DNA from: Eledone cirrhosa
Taxonomy: Eukaryota
Reading direction: 5' to 3'
NCBI GenBank assembly: GCA_964016885.1
Contig: OZ024750.1
Span: 23,064,001 to 23,128,000, forward strand
DNA: 64,000 nt
This document shows positions 27,687 through 42,324 of this stretch, in pieces (within the stretch, counting starts at the first letter, position 1; every line of letters begins with the position of its first letter). Made by a program: the position numbers and the translations under genes. Under the pieces are notes generated by a model that was not told the DNA's origin, searched no databases, and saw only the letters and a list, made by a program, of their open reading frames with translations.

Positions 27687-27819
27687 TGATCAAAAGAACA
27701 TCTATTTTATTAATATTTATATTTTAATATTAATAACTCCGGAAAATCATTTTTCGTAGAGTGCTTCCAATCTACTGTAAAACTCATTCTTTGATATAAT
27801 CATTGAATATCATTTAACA

Positions 27820-28968
<1,149 letters not shown>

Positions 28969-29110
28969 TATATAACACACACACATATATATGATGACAT
29001 ATGTATGTATGTACAGTCACAAATTGAGTTGAAATACTTTAGAACCTCAGAGTAAAAGGGACCACCAGAAACATCCCCTCATCAGCTATCACAGGGTGGC
29101 CATCCCGATT

Positions 29111-29189
<79 letters not shown>

Positions 29190-30154
29190 ACGCTCGCGGA
29201 TTTGTGGTGGGTGTATGTGTGTACATTTAATTTCTTTTATATCAAATATATTCATTTCCCTTGAATATATCAAAGGCAGATCAAAAAGGTAAAAAAACAA
29301 AGGAGCCGATCGCCTGATAAGATCAAGGAAACAATATTTTCATTACTGATACCAGTGTTGCCGGTCGCAACACTTGACAGAAGAAGGCAAGGTTTGACCC
29401 CAGAACGGACATTGAGCGTTAATGAAGCAAATTTCCTTCAAATTATAACATACTGTGTTAAGAAATAAAAAAATTACATAGAAATATAAAAATACGAGAT
29501 GGCCACGGATAGAATGCGTAGGCTTCTTTTCAATGATCAGCCCTGGGATTACACATCAACAACAATCATACTGTCTCTCTGATAAAACTATGAATTAGAA
29601 AAGGCTAACATAAACATTATTAGCTCGCTAGAATATGATTAAATATGAATATTTTATAAATAACTCATACATCTGTTGCTATCAGTCATTGCTGAAAGTT
29701 GTTAAAAATACTGTAATCACTGTAGCGTTGCAAAAAGGTCAATCAACCATAACAGAGCCGATAGGGAAATACTAATGTAGCCCAGATAAAACTGGTAATA
29801 CACGAATACAAGGGAGATAACTAAAATCAAATCGTTATTATTGATTGTAAAATAATTATAATACAAGGGAGATAACTTACATTAGTTTAAAATTTCTAAA
29901 TTTCAGTGGTGGATTTGCAGAATCGTTAGTGTTGGATAAAATGCCTTGCGGTATTTTTTCCGACTCATTACATTCACACACACACTTACACAACAATAAC
30001 ACACATATACACTCACACAACAGTAACATATACACACACACTCATGCATAAACAAACTATAAACACATATACGCTCACAAAACAAGAGCGATGCTAGCAA
30101 AATAAGTTTATTAAATTGTTTATATATACTACTCTGAATTTAGTTTATTTTCGC

Positions 30155-30211
<57 letters not shown>

Positions 30212-32034
30212 GAGAGAGAGAGAGAGAAATTTCTCTCTCACTACCAATAGTTTCGGAAGTTCTAACTAAACACGTGTGTATGCAGAAACAGGAGGGGTAA
30301 TATCCCAGAATTAAGTGTTGGTTCCGTGATACCGAAGTCCGTTCAATCTGAATAATTCAACTCTTAAGAAGAAACAAAAAACTATTTTCAAGGGAAATAA
30401 CTCTATTTTCCTTAAAGATAAAGATGCGTTTCACTTTTGAGTGAATGGGGAATGTCACGTTTTGATGTAAACAAATATATACATACAGTTTATTGAGGAT
30501 GCATACAATTGGATTTTTATCTCATTTATTGATCATAATGATGATTATTTCTCCCTCTGGACTGGTTACTTTATTTATTGATCCAGAAAGGATGAACAAT
30601 CAAAGCTAACCTCGTCAATCTTATAAAAAATATATAATTTATCCTGAGTTTCTACTAAAATAAAAAGTCATTTATACTTAATTTCTATCAGTTAAGAATT
30701 TTTGGTTACCAACATTTCTATATGGATCCAATTTCTAAAACGGCTTCACATTTCATTACATGAACACTATGGATCTAACTACAACAAAACGTTACATCAA
30801 TACATTTAATAGATCTAACTCCGGCTTACGTTACACCAACACGATAGCTCTAACCACAACCCACATTACATCAACACTATAGATCTCACTACAAACTATA
30901 CCACATTACATCAACACTATAGGGGGTTGTACATAATAGTTACCAGATCTTTCACCAAATTACACGCCCATCCCTACGTCTTGGAAAAGGATGCGTTGTA
31001 TAGGAGCACACACACACAGAGTAATAAACAGTACACACACAAGTATGTATGTATGTACACACAGACAATAAAACAGTAACTTTAATGAAGCCAAGTTATA
31101 AAGTTTATTTGAGGAAAATTTACAACCAAACGAATCTCTGAGGCAGGTTTCATGACCGAATGTTTGATATTCTCAGAGTCTGACTGAGAACCATTTGTAA
31201 TAGGTATTTTACGACGTTTTTATGAGAGTTTTAAGCCTTTTAACCAACGTTTATCATGTAAGTTCATTTAGTATTTGACACAAAATGTAAACTTACTGCA
31301 CACAATTAGATTTAGAACTGCACAAAGTTGTAAAACCGCACAAGCAGTTAAAATAATTACTATCAAGCTATAATCTATATTCTGAGGAGAGGGAAAGATA
31401 AAGAGATAAAACCAGGGAGAAATGAAGTTTATTGATGAATGTTCTGATGTTTCCAGTTTTACGTTTCTAAATATTTATATTTTTGTTTTTAAGAAACAAT
31501 TCCGAAAGGCAACAACAGAAGGTTTATTATATTTCAAGGTGGAAAGATAGACGAAGATATACGACTTACCTATTGAGTTTTGAATATTCGGAGGTAAGGA
31601 ACAGACAATGACCAGTCACCCAATAAGATTTTACCTGTAAAGAAGAAGAAGAGTAAACATTAGTATAACAACACTTAATTATAGAAACGCAACGACAACA
31701 AATGATTATCATATTATAAATATAGGATTAGGCATGGCTGTATGGTCAAGGAGTTTGTTTCGTATCCACGTGGGTCTGGAGTCATTACCACTGCCTGGAC
31801 ACCTCGGACTATAGTCTTTTAGTGTAGTCACGTAGGGTCAACCAATGGAATAGCCGGAAACTGCAGAAGACTGTCGTATACTATATATATATATAGCGTG
31901 GAAGATGGACGTTAAACGATGATGATGATGATGATGATGATATATATCTATATATTGATGTAACTAATTATAGTTAACTCGTCCTATGGACTTACTTGAT
32001 ATTTCTACCAAACTTTTACTACAGTATCTATCTA

Positions 32035-32125
<91 letters not shown>

Positions 32126-32507
32126 ATTTATGTTTGCACCCGAGTCTGTGTTTAAAGGTATGCATAAAATAAATTTAAAAAAAAAGAAAAAAAAAAGTAA
32201 GTAGTGGGGTCGATATAATCGACTAAATCCTTTTAAGGTTGTGCTCCAGTAAAAGAATAAAAGAATAAAAGGAATATGAAACTCAACTACAATAAACTTC
32301 AAACAGTATCATATTACAACTATAACGCCAATAAATGAAGTTTCTCCGTCATGCCCTGTCATCCATATAGTATTCATCTATTCTATGGATGGCAATCGAC
32401 TTTTCCCAACAAACGATCATGATATTAAATCACAATGAAAGTAGTTTTAAGCAATAAGATATTTATGTTCTCTCACTATTCATATATTATTTTCTTACAC
32501 TAGCAGC

Positions 32508-32832
32508 TGGATTGGCAGTATTGGTAGAGGGTCGGACGCCATGCTTTCCAGCATAGTTACGTCCCTTTACGATCTGAGTTCAAATCCCGCCGAGGTTAAC
32601 TTTGCCTTTCATCCTTACGGGGTCGATAAAATAAAGTACCAGTAATACACTGGGTAATTGCTGGCCTTGTGCCAAAAGTAGAAACAATTATTTACACTCA
32701 ACTACTTTCCCATTCTGAGTTCAAATCCCGCCGAGGTTAACTTTGCCTTTCATCCTTAAGGGGGTCGATAAAATAAAGTACCAGTAATACACTGGGTAAT
32801 TGCTGGCCTTGTGCCAAAAACAGACAATTATT
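32508..32832 (+). mobile_element. Family A SINE (32508-32692) plus tandem truncated copy (32709-32832)
   Basis: Consensus match. Each copy is followed by ACACT.AACTA.TTT. Confidence 0.88.
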
Positions 32833-33016
32833 TACACTTAACTATTTTCACGCTCCCATTAATATGGATGCGACGCTTCTCATCACATATATATCTATGC
32901 ATATTGCAACTGTATTTATTACTATGTTTAATATATCAAACAAAACTATTTATATGCAAAGGTATTTATACATAGAATAGACGCTTGTGTATTATTTATG
33001 GCAGTGGATTATTTAG

Positions 33017-33209
33017 GGCGGTGGATTGGCAGTATCAGTAGAGGGTCGGATGCCATACTTTGCAGCACAGGGTTACGGCCCTTTACGGTCTGAATTCAAA
33101 TTCCTCCGAGATTAACTTTGCCTTTCATCCTTACGGGATCGATAAAATAAACTACCAGTAATGCACTTGGATAATTGCTGGCCTTGTGCCAAAAGTAGAA
33201 ACAATTATT
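33017..33209 (+). mobile_element. Family A SINE
   Basis: Consensus match, full length. Confidence 0.88.
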
Positions 33210-33480
33210 TATAGCAGCAAAAAAATTAATCTGGGGCACTTTAAATATTGTGGGGCTCCTGACTACAGTCCAGTCACCCCCCCTCCTCCTCCTCACTTTA
33301 ATCCGCCACCAACAGCCGTGGCTCTGTGGTTAAGGAGTTCGCTTTGTAACCACGTAGTTTCCGGTACAGTCTCACTGTGCGACATCTCGCTCAAGTGTCT
33401 TCCAGTATAACCTCAGCTTGGCCATTGTCTTTTGAGTGAAGTTTGGTAGACGGAACATGCTGAAGCTGTCTTGTGTGTGT

Positions 33481-33512
<32 letters not shown>

Positions 33513-33858
33513 CGAGTATACGTAGCCGAACTCTCGGATTTTTACGAAGCGCTGAGGAATCGGAATCATGTTGATAAAGTTAATTGATTCAGCGCCACAC
33601 AGTGTGCAACCAGGCTCATTAAAGCAACATAAAATAAAGTGTTTTGCTCAAGGACAACATAGCGATTAGACTTATTAGAGTTGTTGTATCTTAAAGAAAT
33701 AAACCCAGAATCAGTGTTGGGATGTTGAACATATTAAACACATTGGATATAGTTGTTTATGTCGACAGAGAGTGAAACTGGAATGACAAGAGTTACAGTT
33801 AGAAAGGGCGAAAGTGATAGTTGTATATCAGTAACAATTAGAAAGATATGGAGTAGAG

Positions 33859-34144
33859 CAACGGTCTACAACCTTTTGTATACCAAGGACCGGCTTCAGG
33901 CCAGACAATCTTTCTGCGGACCGGTAGTTGTAGATATGTATTATTTAAGTGCATTTCGATAAAGAAAGCAATAATAAAAAGAGCAATTTATTAAAGGGAA
34001 GAAAAAGTGTATAATCTTTGGAGTCTCATGTAAATCTTATATATTCAATTATTCAATTTACCTATTATATAATTTTAAACAAGTTAATTATTTCTTTGCG
34101 GCCCGGTAGCAAATGATCCACAGACCAGTGGTTAGGGACCTCTG
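33859..34144. mobile_element. hAT (Charlie-like) MITE
   Basis: TIRs CAACGGTCTACAACC / GGTTAGGGACCTCTG; perfect 8-bp TSD GAGTAGAG (33851-33858, 34145-34152). Confidence 0.85.
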
Positions 34145-34164
34145 GAGTAGAGCATTATAGAGGC

Positions 34165-34486
34165 AATTAGAAAGGTAGAGGGTGAGAGAGTAGGGGGTTA
34201 TAGTAACATTTAGAAAGGTAGAGCGTGATATGGTATTGTAACAATTAGAAAGGTAGAGTGAGAGAGTATGGGGTTATAGTAACATTTAGAAAGGTAGAGC
34301 GTGATATGGTATTGTAACAATTAGAAAGGTAGAGTGAGAGAGTAGGGGTTATAGTAACAATTAGAAAGGTAGAGCGTGATATGGTATTGTAACAATTAGA
34401 AAGGTAAAGTGAGAGAGTAGGGGTTATAGTAACAATTAGAAAGGTAGAGCGTGATATGGTATTGTAACAATTAGAAAGGTAGAGTG
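34165..34486. repeat. 75-76-bp dimeric tandem repeat x ~4
   Basis: Alternating ~40- and ~35-bp subunits, both starting AGAAAGGTAGAG. Confidence 0.9.
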
Positions 34487-34578
34487 TCAGAGCAACGTGT
34501 AATAGTTATGAGACATAGGACCAACCATGACAGATCTAATAACTACTTCAATCTCATAAACTGTTGTTGTTTTTACAG

Positions 34579-35571
34579 AAGAGGTTTTCAAAGTGGGCGG
34601 TACCGCCCACGCTCCCCCTGGGGGGCGTTGAGAAGATCCAGGGTCGCGCTGTGGCCTAAGGGGGTAGTGGGCGTTAGAGATGATATAATAGTATATTAAA
34701 TATCAATTGACAGATATATATAAATATACTAAAATAAAAAATATATATATTCATTTATACATAGTATATATTATATTATTTATTATGCATGGAGTTACGG
34801 CCCTTGCCATTCTGAGTTCAAATCTCGCCGAGATTAACTTTGCCTTTCATCCTTACGGGGTCGATAAAATAAAGTACCAGTAATGTACTTGGTAATTGCT
34901 GGCCTTGTGCCTATAGTAGAAACAGTTATTTATTATATATAAATTAAGGATTTTATTTATTATATATTATTTACAATTTGCGTGTAGGTAGGTCTCTCTT
35001 GAAATCGGGTTGGGTCGCTGAGGGTGTTATGTGGCCGTGAGGGGGTCGCTGAGGGTGTTATGAGGCCGTGAGGGGGGCGTTGAGGGTATTATTTGGCCGT
35101 GAGGGGGACGTTGAGGGTGTTATGTGGCCGTGAGGGGGTCGCTGAGGGTGTTATGTGGCCGTGAGGGGGTCGTTGAGGGTATTATGTGGCCGTGAGGGGG
35201 ACGTTGAGGGTGTTATGTGGCCGTGAGGGGGACGTTGAGGGTGTTATGTGGCCGTGAGGGGGACGTTGAGGGTATTATGTGGCCGTGAGGGGGACGTTGA
35301 GGGTGTTATGTGGCCGTGAGGGGGACGTTGAGGGTATTATGTGGCCGTGAGGGGGACGTTGAGGGTGTTATGTGGCCGTGAGGGGGACGTTGAGGGTATT
35401 ATGTGGCCGTGAGGGGGACGTTGAGGGTGTTATGTGGCCGTGAGGGGGACGTTGAGGGTATTATGTGGCCGTGAGGGGGACGTTGAGGGTGTTATGTGGC
35501 CGTGAGGGGGACGTTGAGGGTATTATGTGGCCGTGAGGGGGATGATGGCCTAAAAAGTTTGAGAACCTCTG
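34579..35571. mobile_element. hAT MITE containing a nested SINE A (34787-34930) and an internal 31-bp minisatellite
   Basis: TIRs AAGAGGTTTTCAAA / TTTGAGAACCTCTG; perfect 8-bp TSD TTTTACAG (34571-34578, 35572-35579). Confidence 0.85.
35012..35541. repeat. 31-bp G-rich minisatellite x ~17
   Basis: Unit GAGGGGGACGTTGAGGGT(G/A)TTATGTGGCCGT. Confidence 0.95.
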
Positions 35572-36423
35572 TTTTACAGAGAGACCGGAGAATTTACTGG
35601 TTACTCTATCAAAACCAAACAATAATGAGTGTTTTTAATGACACAACTGACATTGAACAAACGATTTCGGTATTCGAACAACGTAGATCCTCCCCTATAG
35701 TAATTATCTTAGCAGCTCTTTGGCTTTAATTTACAACTGTAATAGCAATTAATTAACACACTGATTGATTGACCTTGCAGCACGGTCTCATTTTAATTTA
35801 TTTTTCAGTTTCGGAGGCACAAATAATAATTAGAAAGTTTGTTTATTGTGAAGACTTGAGTCAGAAAATGCCAGAGGTCATTTGAGTTAGAGCTATCGCT
35901 TTAAGTCCGTTTCTTCCCATTCCTTGCATGGGTTGGTCGAACTGAAACAACCGAGAAATGCCCCATGAGATGAAACCTCATAGCAGGTCGGCTAAACCTG
36001 TATAGGTCGGAGCTATAAATTTTATTTCAATCATATCGTTTTAAATCCGTTTCTTCCCATTCCTTGCATAGGTTGGTCGAATCCCAAAGTAGGCACGTTA
36101 AGAATCATAGATACGTGGGTTCGATTTCTGAGCTGGATGGGGTGTTGTGTTCTTGACCATTTCACGTTACTTTTCTTGACAGGATTGGGGCCTCTATTAT
36201 TAAAACAACCGAGAAATCTCCCATGAGATGAAACCTCGCAGAAGGCCAGCTAGACCTGTATAGGTGGGAGCTATAAATTTTATTTCAATCATATCGTTTT
36301 AAGTTTGTTTTCCTATGTGTCCATTAAAGGCAGTTTTCTGGTCTTCCATTGGAAATATGGTAACAAAAAGGTTAACCAGCTTGATACCAAAACGACCGAC
36401 TCTACGATTCAAAGCTGTTTAGT

Positions 36424-36690
36424 TTACCTTAATCTATGTTACAAACACCTTTACCTTAAGCTATATTCCAAACACCTTAACCTTAAGCTATATTCCAAAC
36501 ACCTTTACCTTAAGCTATGTTCCAAACACCTTTACCTTAAGCTATATTCCAAATACCTTTACCTTAAGTTATATTCCAAACACCTTTACCTTAAGTTATA
36601 TTCCAAACACCTTTACCTTAAGCTATATTCCAAACACCTTAAGCTATGTTCCAAACACCTTTACCTTAAGCTACGTTCCAAACACCATCT
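36424..36690. repeat. 30-bp minisatellite x ~9
   Basis: Unit TTTACCTTAAGCTATATTCCAAACACCTT(T). Confidence 0.9.
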
Positions 36691-36838
36691 TAATAATGAG
36701 AAAGTTTATTATATTACTAACTTTTCCAAAATGTTTGATTATTTGATTACTTTCACTTTCAAAATTATTTGAGCATATTGGGTAGTGTCGTTCTTTATGG
36801 TAATGGAGGGAGGGATTGATAATGGATTTAGGTGTGAT

Positions 36839-36874
<36 letters not shown>

Positions 36875-37009
36875 TTTAAATAGTCTGAGAAATCATGGTA
36901 GGAGTAAGTAGAGACTAATCACACAAGTATCTGACATAAGACAATGAATTATTTGTGTTATAGCAGACAACGCAGCTCACTTCCAGTAAACATACCTACA
37001 CCATAACAT

Positions 37010-38175
37010 GTCCATACTATACTACACTACACTGTACTACACAACATGCCTTCACTATCTCACAACACTACACCATCACACCACCACCACTACACCACAC
37101 AACATACAACACTACACTACCACACCACCACCACTACACCACACAACATACAACACTACCACACCACAACCACCACCACCACCACCACCACATCACACAA
37201 CATACAACACTACCACACCACCACAATCACCACCACCACCACCACCACCACTACACCACACAACATACAACACTACACTACCACACCACCACAACCACCA
37301 CCACCACTACACCACACAACATACAACACTACCACACCACCACCACCACCACCACCACTACACCACACAACATACAACACTACACTACCACACCACCACC
37401 ACCACTACACCACACAACATACAACACTACACTACCACACAACCACCACCACCACCATACAACACCACACCACACCACCACCACCACCACTACCACACCA
37501 CCACTACACCACACAACACTACACTACCACACCACCACAACCACCACCACCACCACCACTACAACACTACACCACACCACCACCACCACCACTACCACAC
37601 CACCACTACACCACACAACACTACACTACCACACCACCACAACCACCACCACCACCATACAACACTACACCACACCACCACCACCATACAACACTACACC
37701 ACACCACCACCACCACACCACCACACAACATACAACACTACACTAACACACCACCACTACACCACACAACATACAACACTACACTACCACACGACCACTA
37801 CACCACAACCACCACCACTACACCACTACACCACACCACCACCACCACCAGTCAATGCTGTAATCACACAAGTGTGACTGCCATAAAACAATGACTATCT
37901 GTTGTACAACATAGTATGTTGTTATATCTTAACAGGACTGATTACTGGTTTCTTCCTTGTGGCACATACATACACACACACATACACACATGTGTACACA
38001 CACACATACACACACACACATAACCTGCCACACACACACATACACACACACACATAACCTGCCACACACACACACACACACACACAACTAGCCACACACA
38101 CACACACAACCTGCCACACACACACACACACAACTAGCCACACACACACACAACCTGCCACACACACACAACTAG

Positions 38176-38214
<39 letters not shown>

Positions 38215-38445
38215 ACCTGCCACACACACACACACACACAACTAGCCACACACACACACACAACCTGCCACACACACACACACACAACTAGCCACACACA
38301 CACACAACCTGCCACACACACACAACTAGCCACACACACACACACACACACACACAACTAGCCACACACACACACACACATAACCTGCCACACACACACA
38401 CACACACAACTAGCCACACACATGAGATACACACACACACACACA
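37010..38445. repeat. CAC/ACA-rich compound repeat (37010-37850) and (CA)n-based minisatellite (37965-38445)
   Basis: Read directly. Confidence 0.9.
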
Positions 38446-38524
38446 GATCCTGTCAGGACCTGCCCTAAATTATATAAACAAAGCTGATATCTATCAAGGA
38501 AGATGTTCCCATCAATTTCATCTT

Positions 38525-38577
<53 letters not shown>

Positions 38578-38596
38578 AATACTACTACTGCTGTTG

Positions 38597-38648
<52 letters not shown>

Positions 38649-38687
38649 CAGTGGTAGTGGTGGTGTTTGTGATTCTAGTAGTAGTAA

Positions 38688-38725
<38 letters not shown>

Positions 38726-38838
38726 ATGGTTGTCATGGCAATGAACAAACAATATAACTTGGTTGGTGTCGGCTGACAATATTACAAGATACCCCAAGTA
38801 CACGTGTATGTATGTGTGATATATACATATACATATAC

Positions 38839-38884
<46 letters not shown>

Positions 38885-39080
38885 GGAGAAGGTAGAGGGA
38901 GAGAGAGAGGAGAGAGGGAGAAGGTAGAGGGAGAAAGAGAGAGAGAGGGAGAAACAGATAAAAATAGAGATGGAGAGAGAGAGGGAGGAGAGAAAGACAA
39001 GGATAACAGGTTAAAAGGAAATTAGTAATGTTTTCAGATCATTCAGTACACACACACACATACACACACATACACACATG

Positions 39081-39122
<42 letters not shown>

Positions 39123-39459
39123 TACATACAGACATATACACACATACAAACATTTGTACATACATGCATATGTACAGATATACATACATACATTCAATGC
39201 ACTTTTACATACACATATGCACGCACGTACACACACACACACACACACACATACATACAACCTTATACAAACGCATACATATACATATATAATGTGCAAT
39301 TACATCGTGAAAGAGCAATATAATTTGGTCGGCTGCAACCAACGCCAACGGCTACTTGTAACATCTTCATGTGATAAAATCACCAAGTTGACCAGGCTGT
39401 CATATTGGTCAAAGCTATTATCACACACATACGTGCATGAAATTATATATATATATATA

Positions 39460-39938
39460 GTGGCTGCCAACTCGTTTTCGAGTACGGCCACTACTTTATA
39501 TCCATGTAGGAGAACCCCTACCGATGCGCTGAACGAGTGTGACTTTTTAGTCCAGCCAGCGACTTGAAAACTCTGGTACAAACACTACACTTGTGACAAT
39601 TATTGACACATAGTGCTGGGCCCATGGTACCATGTGACGACAAGTGCAGAGAGATCTCCAGATATAAAGCAATGCCTGTGCCGTGAAGCTTTTATAGTGA
39701 GCAAAGGCACTGCACAAAGCCAGTCCCACTCTCGCTGGAAGGAGTGTTTGAGGTCTCTGCTCCCACGGGCCCCACGACCGGCCAGCTCAGCGCCTATGGT
39801 GGTGAGTAAGGAGGTAGCCCTGGGGCCGAGGACACCAGAAGTCTCCACTGCCAGGGGTACGACCGCTATGAGTTTTGAAGTAGTGACTATGTCACTTACT
39901 TGGTCTTGGTCTCGGCAAATGGTCTCGAATGGTCTTCA
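39460..39938 (-). mobile_element. CRE-like (restriction-like endonuclease) non-LTR element 3' part with alternative 270-bp tail
   Basis: VPLAVETSGVLGPRATSLLTTIGAELA is identical to the 41120-41410 copy, then diverges. Tail 39460-39733 is shared with 42658-42931 and 43429-43702. Confidence 0.6.
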
Positions 39939-40481
39939 TTGTGAAGAAGAAGAAGAAGAAGAAGAAGAAGAAGAAGAAGAAGAAGAAGAAGAAGAAGAAG
40001 AAGAAGAAGAAGAAGAAGAAGAAGATCATTATGCCATATGTATCAGAACTACCGGATATATAAACACTTATCACTTATACACACTGGGAAATTTTCATTT
40101 AGATAAATTATTGATTTTCATAATAGAAACCCTATAGTTTACGTTGATTACTGACACATGGAAGTGATTTAAGATAAAAATTATATTTCGAATATTTTTT
40201 TCTTTCTTGAGATTATATTTACATAAATGTTTAGTGTATATGTACAAATGAGTAAGTTTGGAGAAATAACTATTTACAGGGATAAATGTAGAGTTAGAAC
40301 CCAAGATCTTGTAATTCGAATGTGAACATCTTATAGCAGTATGATTGAGATAGTGTGTTTAAAGTCATATATATATATATATATATTCCCTCCAAACTTG
40401 AACCTAATATAACTGTAATTTTGCATCCCTGTGTTTATTTTGTTTCAACAATATATATATATCTATCTATCTATATATAAT

Positions 40482-40966
40482 AGGAGAGGCGGTTTTCCTT
40501 TGTGTGATAGCTATGGCGAAAGAGGTTGTATGGTGGACAAGGTTGAAAGGGCTGAGGTCAGACACCTTTCTCTCCGGCCAACAACTGATTCTTTTTTTCA
40601 AATACCACTTTGGAAGAAGAATCAGGATGGAGAGAGAGGTGCTGTACCCCAGCAAGTTTTATGAAAGGTGGGTGAAAGTGGCGAGAATGGCCCGAGTGAA
40701 TGGGCCTTCTCTCTATATCAGCCTGTAGGTTGAGGAAAAGGAGGAGGAGAGGAAAGGAGTACAAGCTCTTCGTACTCCTGGAGATGAGGGTTGCACATTT
40801 TTTTTCGGGGGTATGTGTTACCCATATAAACTGTCTCCCTCTATTGGGGAAAATCGACTAACTTTTAAATTCCATCTGTGATAACATTTTACACGTTTTT
40901 ATTGTATGTAAACTTCCCCCTTTGTATTTGTCCCCTTCTTTTGTGCCCCTGTGGCTAATAAAGAAA
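40482..40966 (+). mobile_element. 3' end of Tx1/L1-like LINE (ORF2 C-terminus + 3' UTR)
   Basis: Open frame ...AVFLCVIAMAKEVVWWTRLKG...RIRMEREVL...FYERWVKVAR* resembles L1/Tx1 ORF2 ends. Ends AATAAAGAAA within TA/TATC repeats; five related pieces in the window. Confidence 0.7.
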
Positions 40967-41119
40967 TATATATATATATTAGTATCGGTGTTCTGAGATA
41001 GCGATGTATGTATGAATATATGTATTGTATATTTGATAATATAAATGAAGTCGTAGACAAGAATTGCAGCGCGATTTGCTTGTACGCCAATTATGAATAG
41101 ATGAAAGAATGGTATTTAA

Positions 41120-41410
41120 CTAATGTATTGGGTCGCGATGGGGCCCACCCACAGCCCCGGCGGACAGAATGGAGAAGGCGTTTCTCCGGAGGACGGCAAG
41201 GGAGACGCGCTGGAACAGCCACTCCAACTCGCGGGGCTCACACCTGCGGTTGGCCAGCTCAGCGCCTATGGTGGTGAGTAAGGAGGTAGCCCTGGGGCCG
41301 AGGACACCAGAAGTCTCCACTGCCAGGGGTACGACCGCTATGAGTTTTGAAGTAGTGACTATGTCACTTACTTGGTCTTGGTCTCGGCAAATGGTCTCGA
41401 AGGGTCTTCA
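41120..41410 (-). mobile_element. CRE-like non-LTR retrotransposon C-terminal fragment
   Basis: PLAVETSGVLGP...EPRELEWLFQRVSLAVLRRNAFSIL matches the F.P.A.E..G.....QR.S.A..RGNA C-terminal signature of CRE-type elements. Confidence 0.7.
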
Positions 41411-41584
41411 AAATGTTTTTAAATGAACATACAGTGTATTATCAAATATACTATACATACATTGATTGATATATATATATATATATATATATGAATGTAT
41501 GTATATTTGATAATATACTGTATGTTTATTTTAAAACATTTTGAAGACCATTCGAGACCATTTATATATAGTTATATATATAGT

Positions 41585-41659
<75 letters not shown>

Positions 41660-41770
41660 GGTAAACAGAAATAACAACACAATCGGTACAGTATATGGAA
41701 GGTATATATATTAGGTTAACGCTTGATATAGCAGGAAGAGGGTCTTAACGTTTCGGACGAAGAATGAATA

Positions 41771-41852
<82 letters not shown>

Positions 41853-42324
41853 CATGGCGCATTACTATGGTTGATGTATATTATATATGTATAGACATAT
41901 ATATGTATGTGTATATATTAAAATGAAATGCAACCATCTACAATATCATAGACTCATCTATCAAAAGCAGTCTTCTGCTATTGCAGTCTGTTGTCACTGG
42001 CCATGCTGTAGCACCAACATGAGTTGTTGACTGCTCCTCATATATATATTAAATCCATTAATTAATAATTCTGATCGCCTGCTTCTGTACTGACAGTTTC
42101 CTTCCAGACGACAAAACACAATCCAGTAAACGACATATCACAGCCAAACGTCATCGCGTTTCATCTTTCAATTTAACCTCTTATTGGAGAACGTCTGTCT
42201 GTCTGTATGTATGTATGTATCTATGTATCTTTGTATGTATGTATGTACGTCTATCTGTATGTACGTACATGTGTATGTATGTATGTATGTATGTATGTAT
42301 GTATGTATGTATGTATGTATGTAT

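Larger units (their letters stand above)
27441..27730. mobile_element. 290-bp near-perfect palindrome (inverted PLE-like pseudo-LTR) in (TA)n
   Basis: Arms 27441-27579 and 27591-27730 differ by one 1-nt indel; 11-nt spacer. Unique tail continues to ~27820. Confidence 0.85.
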
